Shown here: positions 36,875-38,113 of the stretch, piece after piece
How positions within the stretch are numbered: the first letter of the stretch is position 1
Layout of the letters: each line of letters opens with the position of its first letter
Assembly: GCA_964654465.1 (NCBI GenBank)
Contig: CAZZIO010000024.1
Span: 1-38,113, forward strand
DNA: 38,113 nt
Direction of reading: 5' to 3'
DNA from: an uncultured Dictyoglomota bacterium
GTDB lineage: Bacteria > Dictyoglomota > Dictyoglomia > Dictyoglomales > Dictyoglomaceae
Made by a program: the position numbers and the translations under genes
The notes under the pieces: generated by a model
What the model was told of the DNA's origin: nothing
The model's input: only the letters and a program-made list of their open reading frames with translations
The model's database searches: none

Positions 36875-38113
36875 TTAAATTGATGATTTAAAATTTCTTA
36901 GTCTTAAAGAATTTGAAACCACAAATACAGAGCTAAAAGCCATAGCAAGTCCTGCAATCATAGGATTCAAAAGAATACCAGTAAATGGATATAATACTCC
37001 TCCCGCTATAGGTATTCCAAGAGTATTATAAATAAAGGCCCAGAAAAGATTCCATTTAATAGTAGATAAAGTCTTTTTACTAAGCTCTAAAGCTCTTACA
37101 ACCCCCTTTAAATTGTTTCCTGTAATGATTATATCAGATGATTCTATGGCAATATCTGTGCCAGATCCCATTGCTATTCCAAGATCTGATTGAGTTAGAG
37201 CGGGAGCATCATTTATACCATCTCCTACCATGGCAACAAATTTACCTTCCTTTTGAAGTTTCTTTATTTTGTTTAATTTATCTTGGGGAAGAACTTCTGC
37301 GAAAAAGAAAGATAGATCCAAGATTTTTGCAACTCTTTCTGCAGAGACATTATTATCTCCTGTCATCATTCCTACCTCAAGACCCATATCTTTTAATTTT
37401 TTAACTACCAACTTTGCTTCCTCTTTTAACTCATCTGTAAAGGTTAAAATTCCTACGGGAATATCATCTTTTTTCAAAAGAGTGACAATTTTTGACTCTT
37501 TTATATATTGTTCATAGATATCTTTTATTTCCTTACTTAAAACTACGGGTTTTCCTAAAAAGTATTTTGAATTATTTATTACTCCTTCTATTCCTTCTCC
37601 TGGAATTTCTTTTATCTCTAAGATTTCTATAGGTTTTATCTTTTCAATTTCTCCCTTTTCTAATACTGCTTTTGCTAAAGGGTGGTTTGAAAATTGTTCT
37701 AAGGATACAGCAATTTTTAAAATTTCCTCTTTTGAGGCATTATTCAGAGGAATAATATCATCAAGTTTTGGCTTTCCATATGTTAATGTTCCTGTTTTAT
37801 CAAAAATTATGGAATTAATTTTATCAGTCTTCTCAAGTACTTCAGCGTTTCTTATAAGAATTCCCATTTGAGCACCTTTGCCAATTCCTACAATAAGAGC
37901 TGTAGGAGTTGCAAGGCCTAATGCACAGGGACATGCAATGATTAATACCGCTATGAAATTGGAAAGAGCATAATTAAAAGATGGTTTGGGACCAAATATG
38001 TACCAAAGAAAGAAAGTAATAACAGATATGGTTAAAACTGTAGGAACAAATATGCTTGCTATTTTGTCTACTAATCTTTGTACAGGAGCTTTTGTATTTT
38101 GGGCAGATTCTAC
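36875..38113 (-). CDS. copA: Cu(I)-type P1B ATPase, 3' portion; begins beyond the window
   Basis: Frame is open to the window edge: KAPVQRLVDK, IACPCALGLATP, DKTGTLT, HP, GDGINDAP, YN and MAFSS Cu+ ligands. Confidence 0.93.
   Translation of the reverse strand, partial: VESAQNTKAPVQRLVDKIASIFVPTVLTISVITFFLWYIFGPKPSFNYALSNFIAVLIIACPCALGLATPTALIVGIGKGAQMGILIRNAEVLEKTDKINSIIFDKTGTLTYGKPKLDDIIPLNNASKEEILKIAVSLEQFSNHPLAKAVLEKGEIEKIKPIEILEIKEIPGEGIEGVINNSKYFLGKPVVLSKEIKDIYEQYIKESKIVTLLKKDDIPVGILTFTDELKEEAKLVVKKLKDMGLEVGMMTGDNNVSAERVAKILDLSFFFAEVLPQDKLNKIKKLQKEGKFVAMVGDGINDAPALTQSDLGIAMGSGTDIAIESSDIIITGNNLKGVVRALELSKKTLSTIKWNLFWAFIYNTLGIPIAGGVLYPFTGILLNPMIAGLAMAFSSVFVVSNSLRLRNFKSSI

Noticed and set aside
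1964-37517. Short overlapping ORFs in the track (e.g. 1964-2317, 3133-3492, 9267-9608, 11376-11705, 21211-21525, 37138-37404)
   Set aside because: Antisense or alternate-frame shadows of well-supported genes, with no recognisable motifs.
36875-37867. The 330-aa ATPase ORF as a truncated pseudogene
   Set aside because: The frame stays open to base 38113 and includes the CPC motif; it is only cut by the window edge.

Overview
AT-rich bacterial chromosome segment from an anaerobic, probably thermophilic diderm; gene content resembles Dictyoglomus (inference, not verified). The main signal is non-coding. At 20372-20630 there are 12 DnaA boxes (8 perfect, 4 with one mismatch) that include a Bacillus-type unwinding module (tandem boxes, C-run, DnaA-trio-like CTA/CAA repeats, AT-rich tract). 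Strand composition appears to switch from C-rich to G-rich at the same place. This looks like oriC, but it lies between an archaeal-like purC and an MgtC-family gene, with no dnaA/dnaN/gidA/rpmH in the window. Next to it, a minus-strand promoter-terminator pair defines a candidate ~67-nt sRNA with an anti-Shine-Dalgarno segment, transcribed toward the origin. Left arm: SplB-like radical SAM gene end, GH18 chitinase, REC-PAS and PAS-HD-GYP signalling proteins, a putative outer-membrane beta-barrel, metG-dnaX-ebfC-recR-porCDAB-nfo, CE7 esterase, ODP-like di-iron protein, ktrAB. Right arm: oligosaccharide ABC transporter with a YesMN-like two-component system, a self-contained ascorbate-family PTS cluster with a Zn dehydrogenase, a DUF438/hemerythrin/PAS protein and the 3' part of copA. 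No rRNA, tRNA, CRISPR or mobile element was recognised.
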